Source: a virus. From it: a DNA stretch of 64,000 bases. The notes under the pieces were generated by a model. The model was given only the letters and a program-made list of their open reading frames with translations. It did no database searches and had not been told where the DNA came from. A program made the position numbers and the translations under genes. How positions within the stretch are numbered: the first letter of the stretch is position 1; each line of letters opens with the position of its first letter. This document shows, in pieces, positions 18,832-30,173 of the stretch. Location of the stretch: the IMG/VR virus record IMGVR_UViG_3300027608_000013; one strand, given 5' to 3'.

Positions 18832-19788
18832 ATGAAATCAGGAAATTATCTAAGTCCAATATATAAACTGTCAATGCCAGATGCAACGACGGTACCACGC
18901 AAAATATCTTATTCGCAATGGTCAATGTATGAACGATGTCCATTAAATTGGAAATTAGCATATATTGATGGCCTGTCTGCATTCACATCAAGCATTGATA
19001 CCGTGTTCGGTACAGCATTTCACGAAACATTGCAATACTATTTAACGGTATTATATACAGAGTCAGTTAAGAAAGCTGATTCATTGAATTTACCGGAAAT
19101 ATTGAAAAATAAATTGCGTGAAGAATATTTACGATGTGTTGCTGAAAATAACAATGAACATTTTTCAAATCCATTACAATTGGCTGAATATCACGGTGAT
19201 GGTGTTGCTATACTGGATTGGTTCAAGAAAAAAAGATCTGCATATTTTTCTACTAAGAATTATGAGTTAGTTGCAATAGAAATGGAACTATGTGTTCCTG
19301 CATCAGAAAAAAATAATTCAGTATATTGGTATGGATTCATTGATGTTGTTATTCGAAATACCGAAACCAACACAATACTTATATATGATATAAAAACATC
19401 TCGTAGTGGATGGAATGCAACCGCTAAATCAGATTCAATAAAAATGGCTCAATTGATTGCATATAAAAATTATTATAGCAAACAATTCGGAATGCCAATA
19501 GATAACATTACAGTTGAATTCTTCATTGTTAAAAGAAAGATAATAGAAGAATCAATGTTTCCTCAAAAACGCATTCAAATTGTAAGGCCAGCAGCAGGAT
19601 CAGTTACTAGAAAAAAAGTACAAAAACAAATTGATGCTTTTGTTGAAAATTGTTTTGATGCAGAAGGCACAAAGAATGCTGAAGGCATCTACCATGCAGT
19701 TGCAGGTAAAGGTGCAAAGAATTGTAACTATTGTCCATTTAAAACAGATTACGAAAGATGTCCGAAAGAGAACAGGATCAAGGAATAA
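18832..19788 (+). CDS. PD-(D/E)XK nuclease, Cas4/RecB-like exonuclease
   Basis: 'SYSQ..CP', 'GTAFHE', 'GFIDVV', 'YDIKTS', 'QL..Y', C-terminal CNYC..C. Confidence 0.85.
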   Translation: MKSGNYLSPIYKLSMPDATTVPRKISYSQWSMYERCPLNWKLAYIDGLSAFTSSIDTVFGTAFHETLQYYLTVLYTESVKKADSLNLPEILKNKLREEYLRCVAENNNEHFSNPLQLAEYHGDGVAILDWFKKKRSAYFSTKNYELVAIEMELCVPASEKNNSVYWYGFIDVVIRNTETNTILIYDIKTSRSGWNATAKSDSIKMAQLIAYKNYYSKQFGMPIDNITVEFFIVKRKIIEESMFPQKRIQIVRPAAGSVTRKKVQKQIDAFVENCFDAEGTKNAEGIYHAVAGKGAKNCNYCPFKTDYERCPKENRIKE

Positions 19789-20000
19789 AGTATAAGCACG
19801 AGCACGTGTTTGTATATCGATTTGAAATGGAAACCCATGTAAGTTGGCCAGGTAAGCGAGTAGGCACACAAGAATATACTTTGTGTACCAATTATCCAGA
19901 TCCAAACGGCAAAGCAAACAGAACATTGTTAGAATCGATGCTTCGTATGGTATATGGGCATATGCCTAAGAGTGTTAAATTTTTACATGAAAAAGTATGA
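19758..20000 (+). CDS. Hypothetical protein
   Basis: Overlapping ORF in operon. Confidence 0.45.
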   Translation: MSEREQDQGIKYKHEHVFVYRFEMETHVSWPGKRVGTQEYTLCTNYPDPNGKANRTLLESMLRMVYGHMPKSVKFLHEKV

Positions 20001-20401
20001 ATCGAGTAGCAGTAATTGGCAATACGGGTTGGCAAAATAGACGCAAAGTACAAGAAACGTTGCAACAATTAAAACAACGATTTGGCGATGAATTAATAGT
20101 TATTGGTGCCGGCGGACAAGAAGGGGCTAATAGCATGGTTAGAAAATATACATTAGAATTTGGAATTACGTATGAAGAATATAATCCTAGTTTTTCAGGA
20201 CATAACATGTACTCCGCTATGCCTGAGTCTTATTATGGAAAATCTTATCATTTTAGTCAGTTGCACCACCGTATGAAATTGATTGCAGAACGTTGTGATT
20301 ATATGATGATAATGACTAATGAAGATGCATTAGATCCAGTATTAAAAACTGCATACACAAACATAAATAAATTGAAAAAACCGGTTGTAATATTGGGCTA
20401 G
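19997..20401 (+). CDS. SLOG-superfamily (YspA/DUF2493-like) protein
   Basis: 'RVAVIG', 'IVIGAGGQEGA', 'IAERCD'. Confidence 0.6.
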   Translation: MNRVAVIGNTGWQNRRKVQETLQQLKQRFGDELIVIGAGGQEGANSMVRKYTLEFGITYEEYNPSFSGHNMYSAMPESYYGKSYHFSQLHHRMKLIAERCDYMMIMTNEDALDPVLKTAYTNINKLKKPVVILG

Positions 20402-20434
20402 TATATTTATAATAAAGTTATATAAAAGGAATAA

Positions 20435-21925
20435 ATGGAGTTACCAAAGTTACAAAAATTCGACCCTAACAAGCCGAAGAAAAAGAAAATTTTATTGTTA
20501 TCAGATGATTTTCGATTACCGTCGGGAATTGGAACAATAAGCAAAGAAATCATTTTTAATACCGTTAAGCAGTATGATTGGATACAATTAGGTGCCGCAC
20601 TACATCATCCAGATGCTGGTAAGGCATTTGATTTGTCAGCTGACATTGTACGGGAAACGGGTGTAGAAGATGCCTCAGTTAAATTGATTGCATGGAACGG
20701 ATATGGAGATCGAAATATTTTATTTTCAATTCTTCAACAAGAAAAGCCAGATGCAATATTTCATTTCACGGATCCTAGATATTGGACTTGGTTGTATGCA
20801 TTGGAACATGAAATCAAAACAACATATGGAGTTCCATTAGTTTATTATTCAATTTGGGATGATTTACCATATCCAATGTGGAACGCGCCATTTTATGGTA
20901 GTTGTGATTTGATTATGGGAATTAGTAAGCAATCTGATAATATCCATAGAGAAGTGCTTAAACAGAACGGATTCAAAGTTTTAGATTATGATGAATTTAT
21001 CAATCCTCGAGTAACCGTTGGATCTGATGAAATTATCACAGGTTTTGTTCCACACGGTTTAAATCATAACACATTCAAACCATTAGCCGCAACAGATCCA
21101 CAATATGTTGATATGTATACAAAAATTAAACAAGCTAATGATGTTGATTTTTTAGTATTTTGGAATAACAGAAATATTAGAAGAAAACAGCCAGGCGATG
21201 TTATTTTAGCATTCAAACACTTTGTTGATGGTTTACCTGAAGCAAATCGTGCACGAGTTGCACTTTTAATGCATACTCAAGTAGTAGATGATAATGGAAC
21301 TGATTTACGTGCCATATGGAAAACATTAGCACCGGCGTGCAAAGTATTATTTTCAGAAGCAAAGGTTAATGCACAAGAACTTAATGCAATGTACAATGTA
21401 GCAGATGTAGTAGTTAATATTGCTAGCAATGAAGGTTGGGGACTTAGTTCAACTGAAGCAATATTGGCAGGTACCCCAATCATTAACAATGTTACTGGAG
21501 GATTACAAGACCAATGTGGGTTTACGGATGAAAATGGAGAATGGATTAGATTTAACAATGAATTTGCAACAAATCACACCGGTAAATATAAAAATCATGG
21601 AGTTTGGGTAAAACCAGTATTTCCAAGTAATAGATCGTTACAAGGATCACCAGCAACTCCATATATCTTTGACGACCGAGTAAATTTCGAAGATGTTGCA
21701 ACAGCAATTCGATATTGGTATGATATGCATCCAATTGTGCGTCAAAATGCTGGAGAAGCGGGCAGATCATGGGCAATGCAAAACGGTCTTACGGCAGAAC
21801 AAATGGGCAACAAAATGATTCATATGATGGATTACTTATTTGAATGTAAACCAATTACAAGAAAGCGTTATACATTAACACAAGTTACAGAAACAAAATA
21901 CGAAAAAACAGGAATAGTAGAATGA
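20435..21925 (+). CDS. GT4-family glycosyltransferase
   Basis: 'LLLSDD..SGIG', 'NNRNIRRK', 'NEGWGLSSTEA..G.PII'. Confidence 0.9.
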   Translation: MELPKLQKFDPNKPKKKKILLLSDDFRLPSGIGTISKEIIFNTVKQYDWIQLGAALHHPDAGKAFDLSADIVRETGVEDASVKLIAWNGYGDRNILFSILQQEKPDAIFHFTDPRYWTWLYALEHEIKTTYGVPLVYYSIWDDLPYPMWNAPFYGSCDLIMGISKQSDNIHREVLKQNGFKVLDYDEFINPRVTVGSDEIITGFVPHGLNHNTFKPLAATDPQYVDMYTKIKQANDVDFLVFWNNRNIRRKQPGDVILAFKHFVDGLPEANRARVALLMHTQVVDDNGTDLRAIWKTLAPACKVLFSEAKVNAQELNAMYNVADVVVNIASNEGWGLSSTEAILAGTPIINNVTGGLQDQCGFTDENGEWIRFNNEFATNHTGKYKNHGVWVKPVFPSNRSLQGSPATPYIFDDRVNFEDVATAIRYWYDMHPIVRQNAGEAGRSWAMQNGLTAEQMGNKMIHMMDYLFECKPITRKRYTLTQVTETKYEKTGIVE

Positions 21926-23181
21926 GATCAGTAGTTATATCTAGTCCAGTAGCAACACAATCAGGCTACGGACATCATGCTCGAGAAGTAATCAAACAAT
22001 TCATAGATAAGCGAGGCGAAGAATGGGACATCAAGTTGCTTTCAATGCCATGGGGTCATACTCCTTTTACATTTCCAATTCCATTAGATTGGCAACGTAG
22101 AATAATTCCACTTCCATTAACGGAACAACCCGATGTTTGGGTGCAAATAACAGTGCCAAATGAATTTCAACCTATAGGTAAATATAATATTGGCGTAACG
22201 GCAGGAACTGAAGGAGATGTATGTCCTGCAGATTGGATCAATAAGATCAATCAAATGCAAGTTACAATTGTCCCTAGTGAATTTACCAAATCGGTATTTA
22301 CAGAAACAGCAAAACGCAATAATTTATCAATAACAACAAATATTCAAGTGATTCCGGAATATTTTGATGAAACACAATACAATAACAAATCAGTAACTAC
22401 TACCGTTGCTGGATTAGATGCAATTTCCGAATCGGAAACATTTTTAAGTGTTGGACATTGGCTTCAAGGTCAAGTAGGTGAAGATCGTAAAAATATTGGC
22501 GGAATGCTTCATTGTTTCTTTAATACATTTAAAACAAAAAAAGATGCACCTGCATTAATACTTAAAACAAGTGGCGCTACATATTCAGTTACAGATCGTT
22601 TTGAAATAGAAAATAGAATCAATCAAATTGCTTCATTGTTCCCGGGAGAAAAGTTACCTGCAGTATACATATTACATGGAGACTTAACAACGGCTGAAAT
22701 GAATGCAATGTATAATCATCCCAAAGTAAAGGCAATGGTATCATTTACAAAAGCAGAAGGATTTGGTAGACCATTACTTGAATTTGCAACAACGGGTAAA
22801 CCTATAATTGCACCACATTATTCTGGCCAAGCTGATTTCTTAAAGAAAGATTTTATATGTGCATTGCCGGGGCAATTGACTCCAATTCATCAATCATCAC
22901 AAAATGATTTTTTAATTGCAGATGCAAAATGGTTCACACCTGATTATAGTTATGCAGGATCCATGTTGAAAGATGTTTTAAAGAATTATAAGAAATGGTC
23001 AGAACTAGCAAAACGCCAAAGATACTTTGTTAACTCAACATTTACTGAAACGGCAGTGGCTAACATATATGATCAAGTATTAGCAATTATTGACTCTGGT
23101 GTTAATAAAATACCAAAAGCTGTTGAATTAAAATTGCCGGCATTGCAAAAACTACAATTACCAAAACTGCAAAAGGTTTGA
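21922..23181 (+). CDS. GT4-family glycosyltransferase
   Basis: 'SGYGHHAR', 'DRKN', 'EGFGRPLLEF..GKPII'. Confidence 0.9.
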   Translation: MRSVVISSPVATQSGYGHHAREVIKQFIDKRGEEWDIKLLSMPWGHTPFTFPIPLDWQRRIIPLPLTEQPDVWVQITVPNEFQPIGKYNIGVTAGTEGDVCPADWINKINQMQVTIVPSEFTKSVFTETAKRNNLSITTNIQVIPEYFDETQYNNKSVTTTVAGLDAISESETFLSVGHWLQGQVGEDRKNIGGMLHCFFNTFKTKKDAPALILKTSGATYSVTDRFEIENRINQIASLFPGEKLPAVYILHGDLTTAEMNAMYNHPKVKAMVSFTKAEGFGRPLLEFATTGKPIIAPHYSGQADFLKKDFICALPGQLTPIHQSSQNDFLIADAKWFTPDYSYAGSMLKDVLKNYKKWSELAKRQRYFVNSTFTETAVANIYDQVLAIIDSGVNKIPKAVELKLPALQKLQLPKLQKV

Positions 23182-23210
23182 TAACAATAATAATTTTAAT
23201 ATAATATAGT

Positions 23211-23831
23211 ATGAAAATAACATATGCTGTTACCGTTTGTAACGAATTTTTAGAAATACAACGCTTATTGAATTTTTTATTAAAGAATAAAAGATCAGAA
23301 GATGGTGTCGTTGTATTATATGATTCAAAGAATGGCGATCCAGAAATAGAATCATTTTTACGGGCTAAATCAGTTAATAAATCATTTGCTTGGCATAAAG
23401 CTGAATTTAAAGGCCATTTTGCTGATTGGAAAAATCATTTAACATCCTTATGTGATGGAGATTATATCTTTCAAATCGATGCCGATGAAATGATTGACGA
23501 ATATGTTTGTCGATTGTTACCGCAAATATTAGAAGCCAATCAAGTAGATGTAATTCGAGTTCCGAGAATCAACACAGTTAACGGTATGGATCAAGATCAT
23601 ATGCAACAATGGGGATGGGCTGTTAATGAACATGGATGGATTAATTTTCCAGATTATCAATGGCGAGTTTATAGAAATACCCCAGAGATACGTTGGGAGA
23701 ATAAAGTACATGAACAATTAACCGGATACAAAACTATAGCACATTTACCAACAGAAAAGGAATGGTGTTTATTGCATCCTAAAACGCTTGCACGGCAAAT
23801 AAAACAAAATGCATATTATGATACACTCTAG
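23211..23831 (+). CDS. GT2-family glycosyltransferase
   Basis: 'VTVCNE', 'IFQIDADE' DxD, 'PDYQWR', 'VHE'. Confidence 0.88.
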   Translation: MKITYAVTVCNEFLEIQRLLNFLLKNKRSEDGVVVLYDSKNGDPEIESFLRAKSVNKSFAWHKAEFKGHFADWKNHLTSLCDGDYIFQIDADEMIDEYVCRLLPQILEANQVDVIRVPRINTVNGMDQDHMQQWGWAVNEHGWINFPDYQWRVYRNTPEIRWENKVHEQLTGYKTIAHLPTEKEWCLLHPKTLARQIKQNAYYDTL

Positions 23832-24681
23832 TCCAATTACATTTTGTATATCAACTTATAATAATTTACCTTATTTAAAGTTAGCAATAAAATCTGTACG
23901 AAAGAATAGCTTTTACAAAGATGCTCCATTTATTATTCACGCAGAAAATTGTACGGACGGTACTAATGAATGGCTATCTCAAGTTAAAGACGAATATAAT
24001 TTAACTACGATTATTGAACCAAATAATGAAATAGTTAAAGGAATTGGCGGTGGCATGAATGTATGTGCTGAACATGTAGACACGGAATATATCATGTTTT
24101 TACACTCTGATTTTTATGTATCCAAAAATTGGGATTCAAGTTTATTAAAAATATTCGAAAAATACCCAAATGAAAAGATTTGGACTAGTTCACATCGTAT
24201 AGAGCCTAGAATGTTTGAAAATTCAGATTCTCGTCCGGGTACTATTATAATTAATAAAGATATATGGGGTGCATATCATACTGATTTTAATCCTACAGGA
24301 TTTGAACAATTTGCAAAAGAGTTTACGGAACAAAATTCAGAATATGAAATTTCTAAGGGAGAAGGAGTATCAGGCTTGATTCGAAAATGCGATTGGGATG
24401 AAATAGGAGGCAATGATCCTTTATTTGCACCTGCAAGTTGGGATGATATGGATTTATTTTTAAGGATGACCAATTCTGGATTCAAATTTATTTTAACTGC
24501 ATCGTCTTTAGTTTGGCATTTTGGTGCACGCGGTAGTCATAGATTAGAAGAGAATAACGGAAAAACGGCAGACCGGCAAAAACGAGCTGAAGAAAAAAAT
24601 ATACATATATGGCTAAATAAATGGCATGGTTTGCCTAAATATAACGATGTAGGTATGATAACAGGAATATTAATCAATTAA
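23809..24681 (+). CDS. GT2-family glycosyltransferase
   Basis: 'ISTYNN', 'CTDGT', 'FLHSDF', 'IGGND..F..DDMDL'. Confidence 0.85.
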   Translation: MHIMIHSSPITFCISTYNNLPYLKLAIKSVRKNSFYKDAPFIIHAENCTDGTNEWLSQVKDEYNLTTIIEPNNEIVKGIGGGMNVCAEHVDTEYIMFLHSDFYVSKNWDSSLLKIFEKYPNEKIWTSSHRIEPRMFENSDSRPGTIIINKDIWGAYHTDFNPTGFEQFAKEFTEQNSEYEISKGEGVSGLIRKCDWDEIGGNDPLFAPASWDDMDLFLRMTNSGFKFILTASSLVWHFGARGSHRLEENNGKTADRQKRAEEKNIHIWLNKWHGLPKYNDVGMITGILIN

Positions 24682-24695
24682 AAACAAAATAACAC

Positions 24696-25664
24696 ATGAA
24701 GAAACGAGCATTAATTACAGGAATCGGCGGAATGGATGGATCGCATCTAGCTGAATTCTTATTATCTAAAGATTATGAAGTATTTGGATTAGAACGAAGA
24801 AAATCTACTCCATATTCACCGAATTTAAAAAATGTTAGTAATAACATTAATTTATTGAAAGGAGATTTATCCGATCAAAACTCATTGCTTCGAGCAGTTA
24901 AAGAAAGTGAGCCACATGAAGTTTATAATTTAGGTGCACAATCATTTGCAGGAGAAAGTTGGGGAACTCCAGAACAAACATCTGATATTACAGGTTTAGG
25001 TGCATTACGGGTACTTGAAGCAATTCGAGAGTATGGAAATAAAAATACTAAATTTTATCAAGCATCGACATCAGAAATGTTTGGAAAAAAAGGTGGAACT
25101 GCAAATGAATTAACAGATTTTCATCCTTGTTCGCCATATGGTGTATCAAAATTATATGCACATTGGATAACGCGTAATTATCGAGAAAGTTACGGTATTT
25201 TTGCAGTAAATGGAATTTTATTTAATCATGAATCTGAAAGACGCGGTGTCGAATTTGTAACAAGAAAAATTACAGATGGCGTTGCAAAAATTCATTTAGG
25301 TTTAGCTGATCACATTACCTTAGGTAATTTAGATTCAAAAAGAGATTGGGGTTACGCTCCAGATTACGTAGAAGGTATGTGGATGATGTTGCAACAAGAT
25401 CAACCAGAAGATTATGTGTTAGCAACTGGCGAAACTCATTCAATTAAAGAATTTTTAGATGAAGCATTTAGATGTATCGGTGTTGATAATTGGACTAAAT
25501 TTGTTAAATTTGATAGCAAATTTCTTAGACCAGTTGATCCAATGTATTTATTAGGAGATTCTACAAAAGCAAGAGAAAAATTAGGATGGGCTCCAAAAAC
25601 ATCGTTTACGGAAATGGTTTCTAAAATGGTAACTAATGATATATCATTACTTCGAGGTATTTAA
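24696..25664 (+). CDS. gmd: GDP-mannose 4,6-dehydratase
   Basis: 'ALITGIGGMDGSHLAEFLL', 'YNLGAQS', 'YQASTSE', 'SPYGVSKLY', 'LFNHES', 'GNLDSKRDWG'. Confidence 0.93.
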   Translation: MKKRALITGIGGMDGSHLAEFLLSKDYEVFGLERRKSTPYSPNLKNVSNNINLLKGDLSDQNSLLRAVKESEPHEVYNLGAQSFAGESWGTPEQTSDITGLGALRVLEAIREYGNKNTKFYQASTSEMFGKKGGTANELTDFHPCSPYGVSKLYAHWITRNYRESYGIFAVNGILFNHESERRGVEFVTRKITDGVAKIHLGLADHITLGNLDSKRDWGYAPDYVEGMWMMLQQDQPEDYVLATGETHSIKEFLDEAFRCIGVDNWTKFVKFDSKFLRPVDPMYLLGDSTKAREKLGWAPKTSFTEMVSKMVTNDISLLRGI

Positions 25665-26605
25665 TGAAAAAAATATTGTTTATAAGTAGAAAAGCTGAAA
25701 GATGTGGCGTTGCTGATTATGGCCGCCGCATCAATTCGGTATTGCAAACATCTACATTATTTATAACTAATTGGGTTGAAATTGAAACAGCTGAAGAATT
25801 TACACTAGCTTTCAACGAAACGCAACCAGATCTGGTTCTATACAATTATTATCCTATAATATTACCGTTTATAACAGATGAATTTTTAAGTGATAAACGT
25901 CATGTTCCCCATGTTGCATTGTATCATGAAGTTGGATTAGCATTTACTCCTACTGCAATAATTGATGTTGATTCTACATTACCGGATAATTTAGAAAATT
26001 TACATTTTTCTGTTCCTAGACCATTATTCGATAATTTTAAAAATGATGATACACTGACACATAATGATATCATTACAATTGGAACATTTGGATTCGGATT
26101 TAGAGACAAAAATTTTCCAAAATTAGCACAATTGGTTTGTGAGCAGTTTGATACCGCAAAAATAAGAATAAATACGCCATTTGCTACATTTGGAGATGTT
26201 GATGGTCAATCAGCTCGTAACGAAATTGAAAAAATGAAATATGTAATTGCGAATAGCGGCAAGAATATTATTTTAGATGTCAATCATGATTTTTTAGAAC
26301 ATGAAGATTTATTAAATTTTCTACGAGGAAATGATATCAATATTTTCATGTATGAACCATTTAATGATAGAAGTTTGAGCGGAAGTATTGATTATGCGTT
26401 ATCAGCTAGAAGACCGATCGGTATTTCTAGAAGCTGGATGTTTAGGCATATCAATTGGGTCAAACCATCTATATTTGTAGATGAAATGCCTATACTGGAT
26501 ATAATAAAAAATGGAATAGCACCGTTGCAACCTATATATGAAATTCATTCAACCACGCAACTACTACTAAAATATGAATACATATTAAATACGATTTTAA
26601 AATAA
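25664..26605 (+). CDS. Putative GT-B glycosyltransferase
   Basis: 'CGVADY', 'GTFGFG..KN', 'SGSIDYALS'; paralog of 27851-28858. Confidence 0.6.
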   Translation: MKKILFISRKAERCGVADYGRRINSVLQTSTLFITNWVEIETAEEFTLAFNETQPDLVLYNYYPIILPFITDEFLSDKRHVPHVALYHEVGLAFTPTAIIDVDSTLPDNLENLHFSVPRPLFDNFKNDDTLTHNDIITIGTFGFGFRDKNFPKLAQLVCEQFDTAKIRINTPFATFGDVDGQSARNEIEKMKYVIANSGKNIILDVNHDFLEHEDLLNFLRGNDINIFMYEPFNDRSLSGSIDYALSARRPIGISRSWMFRHINWVKPSIFVDEMPILDIIKNGIAPLQPIYEIHSTTQLLLKYEYILNTILK

Positions 26606-26619
26606 AAAAAAAGGAATAC

Positions 26620-27849
26620 ATGAAAAACACAACAAAACTATTTAGTTTAGGCGACTTATATGTATCTGATTTCATTAATGTTGATTCAGATGCGAGAGCT
26701 GGTAAACACGATATGACATTAGTTATCGATGAAAGATATGGTGCAGCTCGATTAGATAAATGTACTCCGATACATTCAATGTTTGGAAAATATTGGTATC
26801 GAAGTGGAACTAACTTAACTATGACAAACGAATTGAATTCAATCGTTAATAGCGTAACATCAGTTCATAAATTAAAAGATAATGATTTATGGTTAGATAT
26901 TGCATGCAATGATGGCACATTATTAAAAGCAGTTCCTAATAACATCTTAAAATTAGGTATTGACCCTGCAGAAGATTCATTTGTAGAAGAATCATCTAAA
27001 GTAGCAGACGAAATTGTACAAGACTTTTTTACAGCTGAAAGTTATAGTAGATCAAAATTCAAAAATAAAAAGGCATCAGTTGTAACATGCATTGCGATGT
27101 TTTATGATTTAGATGAGCCAATTGATTTTTTAAATGATGTTCATTCAGTATTAGATGATGACGGATTATTTGTATTACAAATGAGTTATACTCCATTAAT
27201 GATTGAACAATTAGCATTTGATAATATCTGTCATGAACATGTTTATTATTGGTCGTTATTTTCAATTAAAAAATTATTAGAAGCAGCTAACTTTCAAATT
27301 GTCGATTGTCAATTGAATGATGTAAATGGCGGTAGTTTTAGAATATACATAAAAAAATCCATAGCTAATTTAAGTACATTTGCATCTAGACCATATCGGG
27401 ATGTATGCAATGTTCGAATTAATTCTTTGTTAGAATGGGAATCTAATTTAAAACTTGATCAAGTAAATACATGGGTTGATTTTTACAATAGAATAAAACA
27501 ATTAAAAGAACAAACAGTTAATTTTATTAAAGAAGAAAAAGCTAAAGGTAAAGTTATTTGCGGTTACGGCGCGTCTACTAAAGGAAATACCTTATTGCAA
27601 TATTTTGGATTAGATAATACATTAATTGATGCAATTGCAGAACGTTCTCATTACAAATTTGGATTGAAAACAATTGGAACAAATATTCCAATTATTTCTG
27701 AAGAACAAATGCGCGAACTAAACCCAGATTACATGTTAGTATTACCATGGCATTTTATTTCTGAATTTATTATAAGAGAAGACGAATATTTAACAAACGG
27801 CGGTAAATTTATTGTTCCGTGTCCTAGATTTGAAATAATTGGAAAATAA
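26620..27849 (+). CDS. NDP-sugar C-methyltransferase (SAM-dependent)
   Basis: 'LDIACNDG.LL', 'FDNICHEH', 'GYGASTKGNTLL', 'PDY.LVLPW.F..E' C-methyltransferase signature. Confidence 0.88.
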   Translation: MKNTTKLFSLGDLYVSDFINVDSDARAGKHDMTLVIDERYGAARLDKCTPIHSMFGKYWYRSGTNLTMTNELNSIVNSVTSVHKLKDNDLWLDIACNDGTLLKAVPNNILKLGIDPAEDSFVEESSKVADEIVQDFFTAESYSRSKFKNKKASVVTCIAMFYDLDEPIDFLNDVHSVLDDDGLFVLQMSYTPLMIEQLAFDNICHEHVYYWSLFSIKKLLEAANFQIVDCQLNDVNGGSFRIYIKKSIANLSTFASRPYRDVCNVRINSLLEWESNLKLDQVNTWVDFYNRIKQLKEQTVNFIKEEKAKGKVICGYGASTKGNTLLQYFGLDNTLIDAIAERSHYKFGLKTIGTNIPIISEEQMRELNPDYMLVLPWHFISEFIIREDEYLTNGGKFIVPCPRFEIIGK

Positions 27850-27850
27850 A

Positions 27851-28858
27851 ATGAAAATACTTTATGTTAATCCATCTAATCGCGAATGTGGTATATATCA
27901 ATACGGATTGCGTGTATATAATGCATTAAAAACATATTTACCTGATTGGTGTAATTGTGAATTGCATTATACTGAAAATTATGATAATGTCTATCAACAT
28001 GTTGAATTGTTAAATCAACTTAAGCCAAACGTAGTTTTATATTCATTTAATGATACCGCAATGCCATTTGTTAAACATTATATGAGTAATCCAGATAGGG
28101 CAATTCACCATATTGCAATATCACATGAACAAGAACAAGTCGTAATAGATAATCCGGGTATGTTCCCGGATGAATGGATTGGAGGAAAATTATTTGATAA
28201 TTGGATTGGACATGATCCAACATTAAACATTTCTAGACCCAATATATTCAATGCAACGCGACCAATAATACGAAGTGAAAATAGACTTACTAACAAAACA
28301 GACGATCGAATAGTATTTGGAAATTCTGGATTCGGACATCGCAGAAAAATGCATTATGAAATCGTAACTGCAATTCAACAAGAATATGATGAAGCTGTAA
28401 TTAGATTCAATATGCCACCATCCCATTTTGGCGATAAACATTGCGTAGAATCTAGAGCGATTGCTGAGCATTGTAGTACATTAATTCATAAACCAGGTAT
28501 TGAATTGCAAGTTACTTATGATTTATTAGAAACTGAACAAGATTTAGTTGAATGGATGTATGGAAATGATGTTAATATTTACTTTTCTCAACAATGGGAT
28601 GTACCACATCAGATGCGGGGCGTTAACTCATCGCCAGATACAGCATTATCTACTAGAAGGCCGTTAATTGTAAATCATTCATCTATGACTCGACACTTAA
28701 CACCATACTTTGGTGCTTATGGTGCAGATGGTTCAATTCGACAATTGATTAATATGCAATTAAGAAATAAAACACCAGAACTAATATACAACGAATGGAA
28801 TCCATCTAGAATGGCAGGAGAATATTATAAAATGATAAAAAAGGTATGTAACGTATGA
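27851..28858 (+). CDS. Putative GT-B glycosyltransferase
   Basis: 'CGIYQYG', 'GNSGFG..K', 'SSPDTALS'; paralog of 25664-26605. Confidence 0.6.
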   Translation: MKILYVNPSNRECGIYQYGLRVYNALKTYLPDWCNCELHYTENYDNVYQHVELLNQLKPNVVLYSFNDTAMPFVKHYMSNPDRAIHHIAISHEQEQVVIDNPGMFPDEWIGGKLFDNWIGHDPTLNISRPNIFNATRPIIRSENRLTNKTDDRIVFGNSGFGHRRKMHYEIVTAIQQEYDEAVIRFNMPPSHFGDKHCVESRAIAEHCSTLIHKPGIELQVTYDLLETEQDLVEWMYGNDVNIYFSQQWDVPHQMRGVNSSPDTALSTRRPLIVNHSSMTRHLTPYFGAYGADGSIRQLINMQLRNKTPELIYNEWNPSRMAGEYYKMIKKVCNV

Positions 28859-29823
28859 AAACAATATTAATAACGGGTGCTGGCGGATTTATTGGATCTC
28901 ATCTAGCAGAACGACTAAAACGAGAAGGCAATTATATAATCGGAGTAGATATTAAATATCCTGAATTCAAACAATATTTGGAAATATGTAATGAATTTCA
29001 TATTATTGATTTAAGAGTTCAATCTAATGTCGACCGGTTTATACCATCTCATAAAATTGATCAAATATTTCATTTAGCAGCTGATATGGGCGGTATGGGA
29101 TATGTTGTTGGAAAAGATGCACAAATTTTACAAAATAGCGGAAGAATTGATTTGAATATATTTGATTGGGCACATAAATATGGTGTTAATGATATTCTAT
29201 TTACATCTTCTGCATGCAGATATCCAGATGAATTACAAAATGGAGATGATATCATGTTACGAGAAGATATGGCATATCCAGCAAATCCGCAAGATGGTTA
29301 CGGGTGGGAAAAGATTTTTGGAGAATTGTTATGTAGATTTTATCATGAAAATCATAATATGAATACTCACGTTGTTGCATTTCATAATATATACGGCGAA
29401 AATGGAACATGGTGTGGCGGAAAAGAAAAATCTCCAGCTGCAATATGTAGAAAAGTAGCAGAAGCGCCCGACGGAGGATTTATAGAAATTTGGGGAGATG
29501 GAACGCAGTTACGTAGTTTTTGTCACGTATCTGATGCAATTGAAGGTATGATTCGAACAATGAATACTAATTTTCATTCTGCAATTAATATTGGCACTGA
29601 TCGTTGCATTTCAATTAAAGATTTTACTCAAATGATTATAGACATCAGTGGTAAAAATTTAACTATTAAATACGTAGATGGAGCAATTGGGGTAAAAAGT
29701 AGAAATTCAGATAACACGTTAAGCAAACAACTTTTAAATTGGGAACCTACAATTGATTTAGAACAAGGAATGGCTGCATTATATACGTGGATATTAGAAC
29801 AAGTTAATTTGGCAAAGAAATGA
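28855..29823 (+). CDS. NAD-dependent epimerase, GDP-mannose 3,5-epimerase-like
   Basis: 'GAGGFIGSHL', 'LAADMGGMG', 'SSAC.YP', 'YGWEK', 'GGKEKSPAAICRK', 'WGDG.Q.RSF'. Confidence 0.85.
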   Translation: MKTILITGAGGFIGSHLAERLKREGNYIIGVDIKYPEFKQYLEICNEFHIIDLRVQSNVDRFIPSHKIDQIFHLAADMGGMGYVVGKDAQILQNSGRIDLNIFDWAHKYGVNDILFTSSACRYPDELQNGDDIMLREDMAYPANPQDGYGWEKIFGELLCRFYHENHNMNTHVVAFHNIYGENGTWCGGKEKSPAAICRKVAEAPDGGFIEIWGDGTQLRSFCHVSDAIEGMIRTMNTNFHSAINIGTDRCISIKDFTQMIIDISGKNLTIKYVDGAIGVKSRNSDNTLSKQLLNWEPTIDLEQGMAALYTWILEQVNLAKK

Positions 29824-30173
29824 TTAAAATAAGTTTAGACGAATCATATGTATTTGATTTATTATCAATATATGAAGTTAAAATAGAATCTGCTACCGAT
29901 CTAGAAAAAAAAAATAAATTACAATGGTCATATAATTTTCTAGAACTTGAGATTATAGAATCTATAGGAAAATTTTTATTTAATTCTATAATCTCAAGCA
30001 AAGAATACTCAGATTTAAAATCTGCTAATAAAATTGTATTCGATTTGGTAGATCGAGCACATGAATCTGAATTATCAAAATTAACATCAGATGCAAACTA
30101 TACTAGATATTTGTATAAAATAGAATTACAACAAAAGTTTTTTGAAAATTTAGTAACAGAAGTTAAGATATGA
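29820..30173 (+). CDS. Hypothetical protein (glycan cluster)
   Basis: Coupled ORF. Confidence 0.55.
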   Translation: MIKISLDESYVFDLLSIYEVKIESATDLEKKNKLQWSYNFLELEIIESIGKFLFNSIISSKEYSDLKSANKIVFDLVDRAHESELSKLTSDANYTRYLYKIELQQKFFENLVTEVKI